Shown: positions 35,801 to 46,200 of the stretch, in pieces
How the letters are laid out: each line of letters opens with the position of its first letter
How positions within the stretch are numbered: the stretch's first letter is position 1
Assembly: GCA_002269645.1 (NCBI GenBank)
Contig: NIVC01001885.1
Span: 1 to 46,200, forward strand
Source of the DNA: Macrostomum lignano
Taxonomy: Eukaryota
Direction of reading: 5' to 3'
DNA length: 46,200 nucleotides
Translations under genes and position numbers: made by a program
The notes under the pieces: generated by a model
The model's database searches: none
What the model was told of the DNA's origin: nothing
What the model saw: only the letters and a program-made list of their open reading frames with translations

Positions 35801-36914
35801 CAGACTTCCCAGCGGCTGCCTTAGATTGAAGTTGAAGAAAAAAATTGGCAAAGAAGTTTCAGAGACTCTGCCAAGAGGACAGCCAGACGCCATACGGTCT
35901 CTGGTGTTTACGAGTACCAGCTTCAAGCTTTCTCTGTTTAGGTTGAATTTTGTGCAGTCACTTCTGGCTCGCCTGCGCTAGGGAGATAGACAGATTATCA
36001 GTACGGAGAGGAAGGGGGATCATAACCCGGGCAGATTGCGGCAGCTGACGTGGGGCAAAAGAACTTGCTTTTTTTCTGCTGGCCTTTGCAGATCCCACTG
36101 TGACCCGATTTTTTTACACAATTCAAGCTGAGTTTGTAGTGCAGCGCTTTGGGAAGTTATTCTGCAAAGTGTGTTTTTTACTTAATCGTTTTTGCAGCCT
36201 TACCAGAGGATTTGTTCTACAGTGCTTTGGGAATAACTTGAGAAACATGGCGCCTCACTTTTGAGAATCGTGGCGCCTCTCTTTTGAGAATCATGGCGCC
36301 TCACTTTTGAGAATCGTGGCGCCTCTCTTTTGAGAATCATGGCGCCTCACTTTTGAGAATCGTGGCGCCTCTCTTTTGAGAATCATGGCGCCTCACTTTT
36401 TGAGAATCGTGGCGCCTCTCTTTTGAGAATCATGGCGCCTCTCTTTTGAGAATCATGGCGCCTCTCTTTTGAGAATCGTGGCGCCTCACTTTTGAGAATC
36501 GTGGCGCCTCACTTTTGGGATTATGGTGTCTCACTTTTGAGAATCGTGGCGCCTCAATTTTGAGAATCGTGGCATCTCAATTTTGAGAATCGTGGCATCT
36601 CAATTTTCGTGGCATCTCAATTTTGAGAATCGTGGCATCTCAATTTTGAGAATCGTGGCACCTCTTTTTTGATAAACCAACAACAACCAAGGATTAAGAA
36701 TTTATTACTATAGTCCAGAAGTCTTTGGCTGCAACCAAATTCGAGAAAAACTTATTGACAAAAGTCCCAGTGGGAACTCACGCTCAGCCGAGTGATCCTC
36801 CTTCATCACAATTGGCCAGCTCGGCAGCTGGGTGGCTGCCACCACAGTGCCGGCCAGGCCGCAGCCGCAGGCCACCAGTATGGTCCTGTCTATCACTTGC
36901 AGCGAGGGCCACAT
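32849..36914 (-). CDS. Claudin/PMP22-family four-TM protein; exons 36914-36782, 35819-35732, 33695-33546, 33225-32849
   Basis: TM1 ILVACGCGLAGTVVAATQLPSW. ECL1 reads W-E-G-L-W-Q-L-C-V-A-D-E-C if two missing bases are restored. Then DFIKTRAAF-TM2, TM3, and the LRWSYWLAVVA..FLGFLLY TM4 motif. All three introns are phase 1 with GT/AG. Exon 2 is the least certain. Confidence 0.75.
33775..34460. repeat. 20-bp satellite CCATTTTATTTGATTAGACG in claudin intron 2
   Basis: About 33 copies. Confidence 0.93.
35228..35440 (-). mobile_element. Non-LTR retrotransposon (RTE-like) reverse-transcriptase fragment
   Basis: ADGFLLQRRVGRPERRLSVLGYADDLALLSSTVED, then after an internal deletion HVVLCVPDD...LPLCQQFVYL (YADD and F.YLG motifs). 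Confidence 0.8.
35539..35673. repeat. Telomere-like 12-bp repeat (TTAGGGTAAGGA)n
   Basis: About 11 copies. Related short tracts occur at 35197-35226 and 37417-37440. Confidence 0.9.
36239..36668. repeat. 23-bp tandem repeat TTTTGAGAATCGTGGCGCCTCAC in claudin intron 1
   Basis: About 18 copies. Confidence 0.93.
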
Positions 36915-37997
36915 AGCCTTGAATATCGCCAAGTCCCAACACGGCTGCAGACGGCGCGAGCCCTTCTAAGACCAATTTTCTAGCCAATAATCCGAGGAGG
37001 GGGGGGGGGGCGAACTTACTGAATATGCCAGATTCTTGTCCACTGCTCGCATCTGTGTTCAGGCCGTTAGCCTTGTGCGATTGGCTGCGGACGAATAAGT
37101 CCCCCAAGATCCGGAGGGAAATGTGGGGGGGCGAGAGTGATTGAGAGTGGACGGCGCCCAGCGTTTGCTCCGACATAGGAAGTCGAGAATGTTGTGTTGA
37201 GCAGTGATGGCAGCTGGACCACACAGACGGAGCTTTTTCTGTTCAGGCCGCCCCCACACCAATCAAACTATATGCAAGGACTGCGAATGCTTTCTTGGGC
37301 TTTGCAAATGACCCTTGAGGACTGTAGCTCGCTATATGAATATTTGTTAATCATTTTCCCTTGTGTTTGGCCTCCCTGTGCTATCAGCATGGGTGATGAA
37401 AGACTGCTGGGATTGCGGTTAGGGTTAGGGTAAGGTTTAAGGTGTTAACGGCTTCCTGTAAGAGGTCAGATTGTATACTCTGAGGGCATTAGTGGCCAAG
37501 AATTAACATCTCGTTTTAGCAACCGTTTATCTTACTGATATGATCAACAATCGATCAATCAGGCTTAACTGTCAGGATTGAGATTGGCAATTCCAAACAG
37601 CTGAACTCGTGCTTAACTACAGAGAGCTGACAACTGACGGCTCAAAATACAGTTGTTCTAGAAGTGTCTCGCACAAACTATATGACAGGCAGCGGAAATT
37701 AAAACCCCGGTTCTCTATTGGCTATCAAAACTGAAAAAATAACGTTGAATTAGCTTATTTTACTCCTGCCACCTCAGAAATTGACATTCGTCAGTCTACG
37801 ACAGTTGGACAGTTGACTCCTATCAATCACTATGGACTTTGATTTTGAATTTGAGAATACAGATGTAGCGCTCTTTTAATTGGCTTTAACAATTACTCAC
37901 TCACACTGGCTGATGTGAGCAATCCGGCTGGTAAGAAAGTACACTCATTCACCTCCGAATCGTGAACTTTTTTCAAAATCATTTTTTTGAAAAGGCT

Positions 37998-38886
37998 TAT
38001 CAATGAGGGCTAATCAATGAGGGCTAGTCAATGAGGGCTAGTCAATGAGGGCTAGTCAATGAGGGCTAGTTAATAAGGGCTAGTTAATAAGGGCTAATCA
38101 ATGAGGGCTAGTCAATGAGGGCTAATCAATGAGGGCTAATCAATGAGGGCTAGTCAATAAGAGCTAATCAATGAGGGCTAATCAATGAGGGCTAGTCAAT
38201 GAGGGCTAGTTAATAAGGGCTAATCAATGAGGGCTAGTCAATGAGGGCTAATCAATGAGGGCTAATCAATGAGGGCTAATCAATGAGGGCTAATCAATGA
38301 GGGCTAGTCAATGAGGGATAGTTAATAAGGGCTAATCAATGAGGGCTAGTCAATGAGGGCTAATCAATGAGGGCTAATCAATGAGGGCTAGTCAATGAGG
38401 GATAGTTAATAAGGGCTAATCAATGAGGGCTAATCAATGAGGGCTAATCAATGAGGGCTAATCAATGAGGGCTAGTCAATGAGGGCTAGTTAATAAGGGC
38501 TAATCAATGAGGGCTAGTCAATGAGGGCTAATCAATGAGGGCTAGTCAATAAGGGCTAATCAATGAGGGCTAGTCAATGAGGGCTAATCAATGAGGGCTA
38601 GTCAATGAGGGCTAGTTAATAAGGGCTAATCAATGAGGGCTAGTCAATGAGGGCTAATCAATGAGGGCTAGTCAATAAGGGCTAATCAATGAGGGCTAGT
38701 CAATGAGGGCTAATCAATGAGGGCTAGTCAATGAGGGCTAATCAATGAGGGCTAGTCAATGAGGGCTAGTCAATGAGGGCTAGTCAATGAGGGCTAATCA
38801 ATGAGGTCTAGTCAATGAGGGCTAATCAATGAGGGTTAATCAATGAGGGCTAATCCAAAAGGGTTAATCGATGAGGGCTAATCAAT
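37998..38886. repeat. 14-bp satellite CAATGAGGGCTA(A/G)T
   Basis: About 63 copies. Confidence 0.95.
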
Positions 38887-39689
38887 GACGACCATCCCTA
38901 AAGGCGCGCACAGTGTATACACTGACTTTCGATGAAAAAAGTCAGGGCTGCTGTGCACCCTGTGTGACTGTGGCACCTGTGTCAGCCGGTTCAGCGCAAT
39001 GGGCATGACTGCTTGCCTCCCCTCCCTGCTGGATGCGGGTCGAACGTCGCCTTGATTCCCCAAAGCCTCTAACCCAAAAAACTGCATGCAGTTCAAATAC
39101 CACCGCTATCAGAGCACACACAAAGCTCGATAACTTTGATAACGCAAACACATCATTTTTGTACCGTTGAACGAGACTTAACTATTCGCAAGTGACAGTA
39201 ACGCGTGGACTGCGACCACTTAAAAAAGTTCTAGTGCTGCTTTTCAGGTTTGAAAGACAATATTATTTTACAATCAGCCTTCAGCCAATCGAGCTGTTTA
39301 CATAGAGAATTCATTTCATGGCTTCACAGCCATCAGCCAGGGACTTCTCATCCATTCGCTCTAACGAAAGCGAGCAGGGAAATTATTTTTGCAGTGGCGC
39401 ATCAGCAATTCAGGTAAGTTATTACCTAGAAGTCCGGCCCTCTCTCTGAAGCGGCGTTCCTGTCTTTCCAATCAATTCGCGGTGACAGTGGAAACAGCCG
39501 GGGCGGGCAGTCTCCGAGGAAAGATAAATTTACTCTGGGCAAGACAAGTGAGGTGGGAGTGGACAGAAACTGGAGTAGCTAAAAGGAGTGCGGCACAACT
39601 GTCTTCTTTTGCTTTTGAGCCATGTAGTTCAGAATCCAATCACTAATTCATCATTTCTTCTTCTCTTCCGTTCTTTTCTGCTTTCTCCA

Positions 39690-41675
39690 GTCAGCTGGAT
39701 GGTGAGGGCTGTGTGTGTCAAACACGATTTCAGCTGGATTGTGAGAGCTGTGTGTGTCAAACACGAGTTCAGCTGGATTGTGAGGGCTGTTTGTGTCAAA
39801 CACGAGTTCAGCTGGATTGTGAGGGCTGTGTGTGTCAAACACTATTTCAGCTGGATTGTGAGGGCTGTTTGTGTCAAACACGATTTCAGCTGGATTGTGA
39901 GAGCTGTGTGTGTGTCAAACACGAGTTCAGCTGGATTGTGAGGGCTGTTTGTGTGTCAAACACGAGTTCAGCTGGATTGTTAGAGCTGTGTGTGTGTCAA
40001 ACGCGAGTTCAGCTGGATTGTGAGAGCTGTGTGTGTCAAACACGATTTCAGCTGGATTGTGAGAGCTGTGTGTGTGTCAAACACGAGTTCAGCTGGATTG
40101 TGAGAGCTGTGTGTGTGTTAAACACGATTTCAGCTGGATTGTGAGGGCTGTTTGTGTCAAACACGAGTTCAGCTGGATTGTGAGAGCTGTGTGTGTGTCA
40201 AACACGAGTTCAGCTGGATTGTGAGGGCTGTTTGTGTCAAACACGAGTTCAGCTGGATTGTGAGAGCTGTGTGTGTGTCAAACACGAGTTCAGCTGGATT
40301 GTGAGAGCTGTGTGTGTGTTAAACACGATTTCAGCTGGATTGTGAGGGCTGTTTGTGTCAAACACGAGTTCAGCTGGATTGTGAGAGCTGTGTGTGTGTC
40401 AAACACGAGTTCAGCTGGATTGTGAGGGCTGTTTGTGTCAAACACGAGTTCAGCTGGATTGTGAGAGCTGTGTGTGTGTCAAACACGAGTTCAGCTGGAT
40501 TGTGAGAGCTGTGTGTGTTAAACACGATTTCAGCTGGATTGTGAGGGCTGTTTGTGTCAAACACGAGTTCAGCTGGATTGTGAGGGCTGTTTGTGTCAAA
40601 CACGAGTTCAGCTGGATTGTGAGGGCTGTTTGTGTCAAACACGAGTTCAGCTGGATTGTGAGGCTGTTGTGTGTCAAACACGAGTTCAGCTGGATTGTGA
40701 GGCTGTGTGTGTCAAACACGAGTTCAGCTGGATTGTGAGGGCTGTTTGTGTCAAACACGAGTTCAGCTGGATTGTGAGGGCTGTGTGTGTGTCAAACACG
40801 AGTTCAGCTGGATTGTGAGAGCTGTTTGTGTGTCAAACACGAGTTCAGCTGGATTGTGAGAGCTGTTTGTGTGTCAAACACGAGTTCAGCTGGATTGTGA
40901 GGGCTGTTTGTGTCAAACACGAGTTCAGCTGGATTGTGAGGCTGTGTTGTGTCAAACACGAGTTCAGCTGGATTGTGAGGGCTGTTTGTGTCAAACACGA
41001 GTTCAGCTGGATTGTGAGGGCTGTTTGTGTCAAACACGAGTTCAGCTGGATTGTGAGGGCTGTTTGTGTCAAACATGAGTTCAGCTGGATTGTGAGGGCT
41101 GTTTGTGTCAAACATGAGTTCAGCTGGATTGTGAGGGCTGTTTGTGTCAAACATGAGTTCAGCTGGATTGTTAGAGCTGTTTGTGTCAAACACGAGTTCA
41201 GCTGGATTGTGAGGGCTGTTTGTGTCAAACACGAGTTCAGCTGGATTGTGAGAGCTGTGTGTGTGTCAAACACGAGTTCAGCTGGATTGTGAGGGCTGTG
41301 TGTGTCAAACACGAGTTCAGCTGGATTGTGAGAGCTCTGTGTGTGTGTCAAACACGAGTTCAGCTGGATTGTGAGAGCTGTGTGTGTGTGTGTGTGTGTC
41401 AAACACGAGTTCAGCTGGATTGTGAGAGCTCTGTGTGTGTGTCAAACACGAGTTCAGCTGGATTGTGAGAGCTGTGTGTGTGTCAAACACGAGTTCAGCT
41501 GGATTGTGAGAGCTGTGTGTGTGTGTCAAACACGAGTTCAGCTGGATTGTGAGAGCTGTGTGTGTGTGTGTGTGTGTGTGTCAAACACGAGTTCAGCTGG
41601 ATTGTGAGAGCTGTGTGTGTGTGTGTGTCAAACACGAGTTCAGCTGGACTGTGAGAGCTGTTTGTGTCAAACCTG
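39690..41675. repeat. ~39-bp minisatellite with an embedded variable (GT)n tract
   Basis: Unit GTGTCAAACACGAGTTCAGCTGGATTGTGAGGGCTGTTT, about 48 copies. Confidence 0.95.
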
Positions 41676-41904
41676 AGTTTAGATGTCTGTCATTTGTGTC
41701 AAATTTGAGACTGAGAGTGATATGAATGCCTTGAAGGCCTCTCATACTGTACAGTATAATCATAAATCAATCGAGAATGTGACATCAAGGGGCAGAGAAA
41801 TGAGAAACTCGTTTGATAAAATGTTGACCGAACTGTTACTTTCGACAAGTTAACAGAATATTATTCTGCATTTTTGTAAGCTCACTGAACCATCTGCTCC
41901 GTCA

Positions 41905-42680
41905 TAATCACCTCGGCCATACACAGGCCCTTTGCCACAACACTACGAACTCCCGGACAGTCGCTGACTGCACCCGACAGCTCAACCTCCTGGCCAGTTG
42001 CAATACTGTCAGGCTGAAGTGGATCCCAGGGCACTGGAACGAGTTAGCAGACACCCTCGCCAAGAGGGGCGGCTCTGGCTCCTTGGGCCCTGAGCCCCTG
42101 GTCCCTATCCCTTCTACGGTCATCAATCGTCAGATCGATGACTGGGCTGACTCCCTCCACAGGGACAGATGGGCGGGCACCCAAAACTGCCGGCAATCTC
42201 GTGCCGCGGTTCCGTGCCCCTCTCGCAGGCTCAGAAACGTCCTTCTGAACCAAAATCAGAAGGATATTCGAGCCCTCGTCATGACCTTTGCCGGCCATGG
42301 CTACCTCGCCAAGCACTGCTTCCTCCGAAGCGATCTGGAGAGTGAACTTTGTCCTTTTTGCGAGTACAACAATGAAGATGCTCAGCACTTTGTCACTGCC
42401 CTTTTTTTACCAGCGACCGGCTGCGCTACCTCGGGCCAAACCCGTCCATTGACGAGGTCTGCCAGCCCGCGGACAGCATCCCACACGGCTCATCCAGCGA
42501 CAAGCCGAGCCACTTTCTTCCCTAGGAAAGTTTACACTGCAGGACGGACTGGCGGACCACCCTGCGACCCGGCGTCCACGCCTCTGCCTGTCTGCGGGCC
42601 TTCAGGGGTTTAGCGGAATGGGCGACCCTCGCCTCCCTAGTCTACGGATCACCCTCAGCTGAGTCAAGTAAGTCACCTCA
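41905..42680 (+). mobile_element. 5'-truncated non-LTR retrotransposon with RNase H and C-terminal CCHC (I/Loa/R1 group)
   Basis: AIQALCHNTTNSRTVADCTRQLNLLASCNTVRLKWIPGH..NELADTLAKRG (RNase H), followed by FAGHGYLAKH...CPFC...EDAQHF (Zn knuckle). The 3' end contains CAAGTAAG. Confidence 0.85.
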
Positions 42681-43329
42681 GCCATGTTGTCACTGCGCGC
42701 CCATACGGTGCCCAAGCTGTTTTTGCCTTTCCAATTGTCTTATTTGCAGATGCAATAGCAAATTAATTCAGTCTCTGTCGGACAGTCCTACAGTAAATGC
42801 ACAAGCTATAGCCGTAAGCTTAGAGTTTGAACCTGAGGATAGTTCTGAACAGCACCTCAGTGCTGCTTCACAGATTTTAAAAAGATATGCTTCTCTCAAT
42901 TGTTAGACACGGAAATCCCTCAGAATAAGGTAGAACGCCAAGAGAATGAAGAGTTGCAGGAAGTATACTAAGCCTCCTCCCTATACCGCAAGGTGCAGAT
43001 CACCATTGACTGCAGCTTCTAAGCCATCCTGTCAATCGGCTATTGAAGGCAGGTAAATTTGAAGTTGGCCTCTTCTAATTGTGCATGACAGCCTAGCTGG
43101 TGCCGTTCTGGCTCCGCCTCAAAATGCTTCTGCCGGTCTGGGTCCACTAATTTACACAGGAAGTTGCGTGCTGCACTAATTAGGTCAAAAAAATGTTTTT
43201 TTTTTAAGTGTTAGCTAAATTTTGCCTTTGACAATGTTCCTTAACAAAGGAATCAATCAAGCGTTTTATTCGCTTCTCGTCGTTTCAGAAACAAGGCATA
43301 ATAGTATAAGGATACTAACAGTAATAATA

Positions 43330-43617
43330 ATTGATTACACGGTACACCTGCCCCAACAATCGGCCGCCAGATGTGCAACCGACAGCTCAGCCGCAGCTAT
43401 TGCGCGGCGCATCTGAAGGCTGCGTACGGCTGTTCAGTTCAAAGACTGGCGGACACCCTCAATTACCCCAGCTAATGCTGGCACCCATTTTACACCCTGG
43501 GTGGACTGAAGCAATACAGAGGGACCAAGAAGAGGGACGTCTTGCTGAAGGACCAAGAGTCGAGAGTCGAACCCCAGACCTTACAGTCTGGAGTCCGACG
43601 CTCTAACCCTTAGGCTA
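43330..43617 (-). mobile_element. tRNA-derived SINE with CORE-like central domain
   Basis: Minus strand TAGCCTAAGGGTTAGAGCG (A box), GGTTCGACT (B box), then GGTCCTTCAGCAAGAC and CCACCCAGGGTGTAAAATGGGTGCCAGC. AT-rich tail. Confidence 0.7.
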
Positions 43618-44335
43618 CAATTCCCTCAACAAGTTTTGAACGAAATATCGCCAAATAGCTAGAATTTCAAAACTTTCTACTCACTATCATTCTTAGTAAC
43701 AGTAGTAATATCAGAGTTTGCGAAAAATAAGATCAGAGTTATGGTTAAAAATTAAAAACGTTTGTGCATATGAATGTCAGTAAATATTTGTTTTAATGGT
43801 TACAATTACAATTAATGGGTCGGGACTGACTCTGGTACATTTCCCGTAGAAATCCAATTTTATGAGCGTAATTACTCGTAGTGTATCTTGGCAAAAAACT
43901 TTATATTCTTCATTTAAAATATAGAAAAAAGTCAACTTGAGTGCAGATTTGCATAATTAATTAAGCTGGTGATGACTGTGTTTATTTCGAGTCCATATCT
44001 GGAGGTGGGGAGCAGTTTTTTATTAACTACATTTTGATAGCAAATGGGAGTTAGAAAGAATTATAATAGCACACATTGTACAAGTCAAGCAAATTCTAAT
44101 TATCAAATACTAGCGATAAAGGGACTTTCGGACTTGAACATGTCAGTCTCCCCTTAGTCATTTCACTATATAATAAAATAGAAAAAAACAACAGCAGGTA
44201 CAACAGTGAGTGAATTAAGGAAAGGTATTTCAATTAGAGCTTGAACTGGAAGTGAATGGTAGGCATATACCAGGGTAGCAATATGAATGCGGCTTGCTCT
44301 CATTCAATTAGTCGGCAAGGCCTAATTTAAACAAA

Positions 44336-44888
44336 TCAAGCCGGCTGCGATTCAGCGCCAGCGCCTCGCGCGCCTCCGGCTCGCTTCCGTTCGCGCCTGC
44401 GCGCTTTCCTCTGCCTGCGCCGGAGTTTGCGCCTCTCCCGGCGCTGACGCTTGCACTCGGGCGTGCTGCACTTGGAACGTCGGCCGGCCTTTCTGCCGCC
44501 CTTCCGGCGGCCTTTCCGGCCTTTGCGGCCTTTACGGCCTTTCCGACCTTTACGGCCCTTCCGGCCCTTCTTCTTCCTTCGGCCGCGGCGCTTCCGGGCG
44601 CCACTGGGGCTGGCGTCAGATCCGGCGCTGGCGCTAAAAATAAAAATAAATGAATGACAATTCAAGGTGATCGAAAATCAATAGAATGGCGCCTATTATT
44701 TTTACGGTCCAGCATTACAGATGGACTTACACTTCAGGCCGCTGATTTCCGGTCTGAAGTGCGCCGCCTGCTTCAGGAGCCAGAAGCTGCAGCGGCTGTC
44801 GGCCAGAGGCTGGAGCCGCCTCACAGACGAGGCTGTAAGCGGCAACGCTGGCCGCAACGACCAGGGCCAGTGTACAAAGGCCCTTCAT
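44336..44888 (-). CDS. Small secreted Arg/Lys-rich (GRK-repeat) protein, 151 aa; exons 44888-44731 and 44633-44336
   Basis: Exon 1 MKGLCTLALVVAASVAAYSLVCEA... is signal-peptide-like. The 97-bp intron GTAAGT...TTTTTATTTTTAG is phase 2 at both ends. Exon 2 encodes (GRK)6 with varied codons, CSTPEC and a poly-Arg helix. Confidence 0.8.
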
Positions 44889-46200
44889 GTGCGCGCGTCT
44901 TTGACTTTTTAAAAAAGTAAATGTGTATTATAATCTTTTGCTACGAATAGCTGTCCGGTTCGACTCTTGAACGGTAGCAATTTAGTTTTCTGAATGCTGT
45001 TGTGGGCTTTGACTTCTGTTGTGGCCTTAAATATGAAACTTCATAGAGCGAAGGGACGGGGAGGGAGGGTTGACGGAGACGAAAGGAAAGGGAAGGGAAG
45101 GGAAGGCCTTGGGTTTGGCGGCAGCGAGACTGAGGACCCATGCAAAGGGGAGAGTGTGGAATCGGGGGGCTCAAGAGAAGATGGAGGCTTAGGAGCCAAT
45201 GTGCAAACGAAAGAAGGATGAATCGAAGGAATTTAGCCCATGCAGGGTTGGGTAATGTGATGACTAGGCGCCGCGTCCAGCCAGCCCCTCCTCCCCAAGT
45301 CCACACAAGACCCAAACCCTCGCTTTGAAGGCAAGAGGTTTTGCAGTTTCTGCGTTTGCTGTACTCTGAGTAACTGAACATTTAGTTAGTAACCTTGTAC
45401 GCCTCGTCACGTGCGACCGATGCGGACCGCTGGGCCCGCGTCGACTTCGTCGCTCTTGATGTCGCCCGATCTATCCGCACAACCTTTCCTCTGCTCTCTC
45501 CCTCCTTCCATCTACATGTTATTGGGCGAGCGTGTGTTCTTGCATGAAGCTGGGCACATTAGCACTTTTCACCCATCTGGCTGCAGTTAACTTATAGAGT
45601 TCCCTACAGAAAGCGAACTCGATACCTCCTATAAGTCGTGAGACCTATACATGTAACTACTGTATAGCGTGTTGCTGGTCTGGTTGTTGCTAATCAGACC
45701 TATGCTCGTCGTACTATGCGGTCTGCACGAGCGATACGTCTACTACATATATTAGCCAATGCACCTTCCTTTGGTGTACGGCAGATGAACTAGACATACC
45801 GATAGAAGAAAAACGATCGAGCCTTTCAATCCGCCATTGAACACAGCATGATATGCGACGCATCGATAGAGTTCGTCAAGAGACATTGATTTATCAATAC
45901 AGATGCTCATGGCTCAAGTGCGATGATATCAAACTATTATGCTGTGTCGCTGAGACAGTACATGTACATGTACGAGCGTATCTTGATCTTGTTATGTACC
46001 AGAAAGAATTGAGGGGGACAATTCTTATATTTAATTATATATTAAACTTCTAAAAAATTGGCAAATTTATATCATGCATTTTAAATAAAAAGTCTATAAA
46101 AACGTGACAAAGGGGTGTGGTAAATAATTTTGGCACCAGCTGATGGACCATCCCCCGTCCCGCCCGGATCCGGGAATGTAGAAATTTAGTATTACTAACA

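Noticed and set aside
39690-41675. CRISPR-like array of ~39-bp repeats
   Set aside because: No unique spacers, only (GT)n variation; no cas genes; eukaryotic intron-containing context.
44940-44982. tRNA-like GGTTCGACTC with a TGCTAC/GTAGCA stem
   Set aside because: Too short for a cloverleaf and lacks an A box and anticodon arm.

Overview
Eukaryotic, repeat-rich genomic DNA from an invertebrate. A free-living flatworm such as Macrostomum is likely; this is inferred from the npp-1-type ASFVRLamide precursor, GC-rich exons and dense minisatellites. Host genes: a CYP2-clan cytochrome P450 (862-2451,+), an ASFVRLamide neuropeptide precursor (14276-14755,-), an intact 3-exon GnRH/corazonin/AKH-type GPCR (25917-31181,+), a 4-exon claudin-like gene (32849-36914,-), and a 2-exon gene for a small secreted, extremely Arg/Lys-rich protein that the ORF track misses (44336-44888,-). 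Mobile DNA: a Harbinger-type Myb/SANT gene with one terminus, a decayed Mag-like Ty3/Gypsy element whose two LTR-like ends share only 29 bp, two copies of a Tc1/IS630-like non-autonomous element (the second apparently carries a piece of the neighbouring neuropeptide gene in place of its right TIR), a Crypton/DUF3504-like tyrosine-recombinase remnant beside a palindrome cluster, RTE and RNase H-bearing LINE fragments, and a tRNA-derived SINE. Roughly 13 kb is tandem repeat from more than a dozen unrelated families. Many coding regions carry 1-2 nt frameshifts that look like long-read consensus deletions, so pseudogene status is uncertain. No CRISPR array, rRNA or intact tRNA was found. All homology calls come from motif recognition by eye, not database searches.
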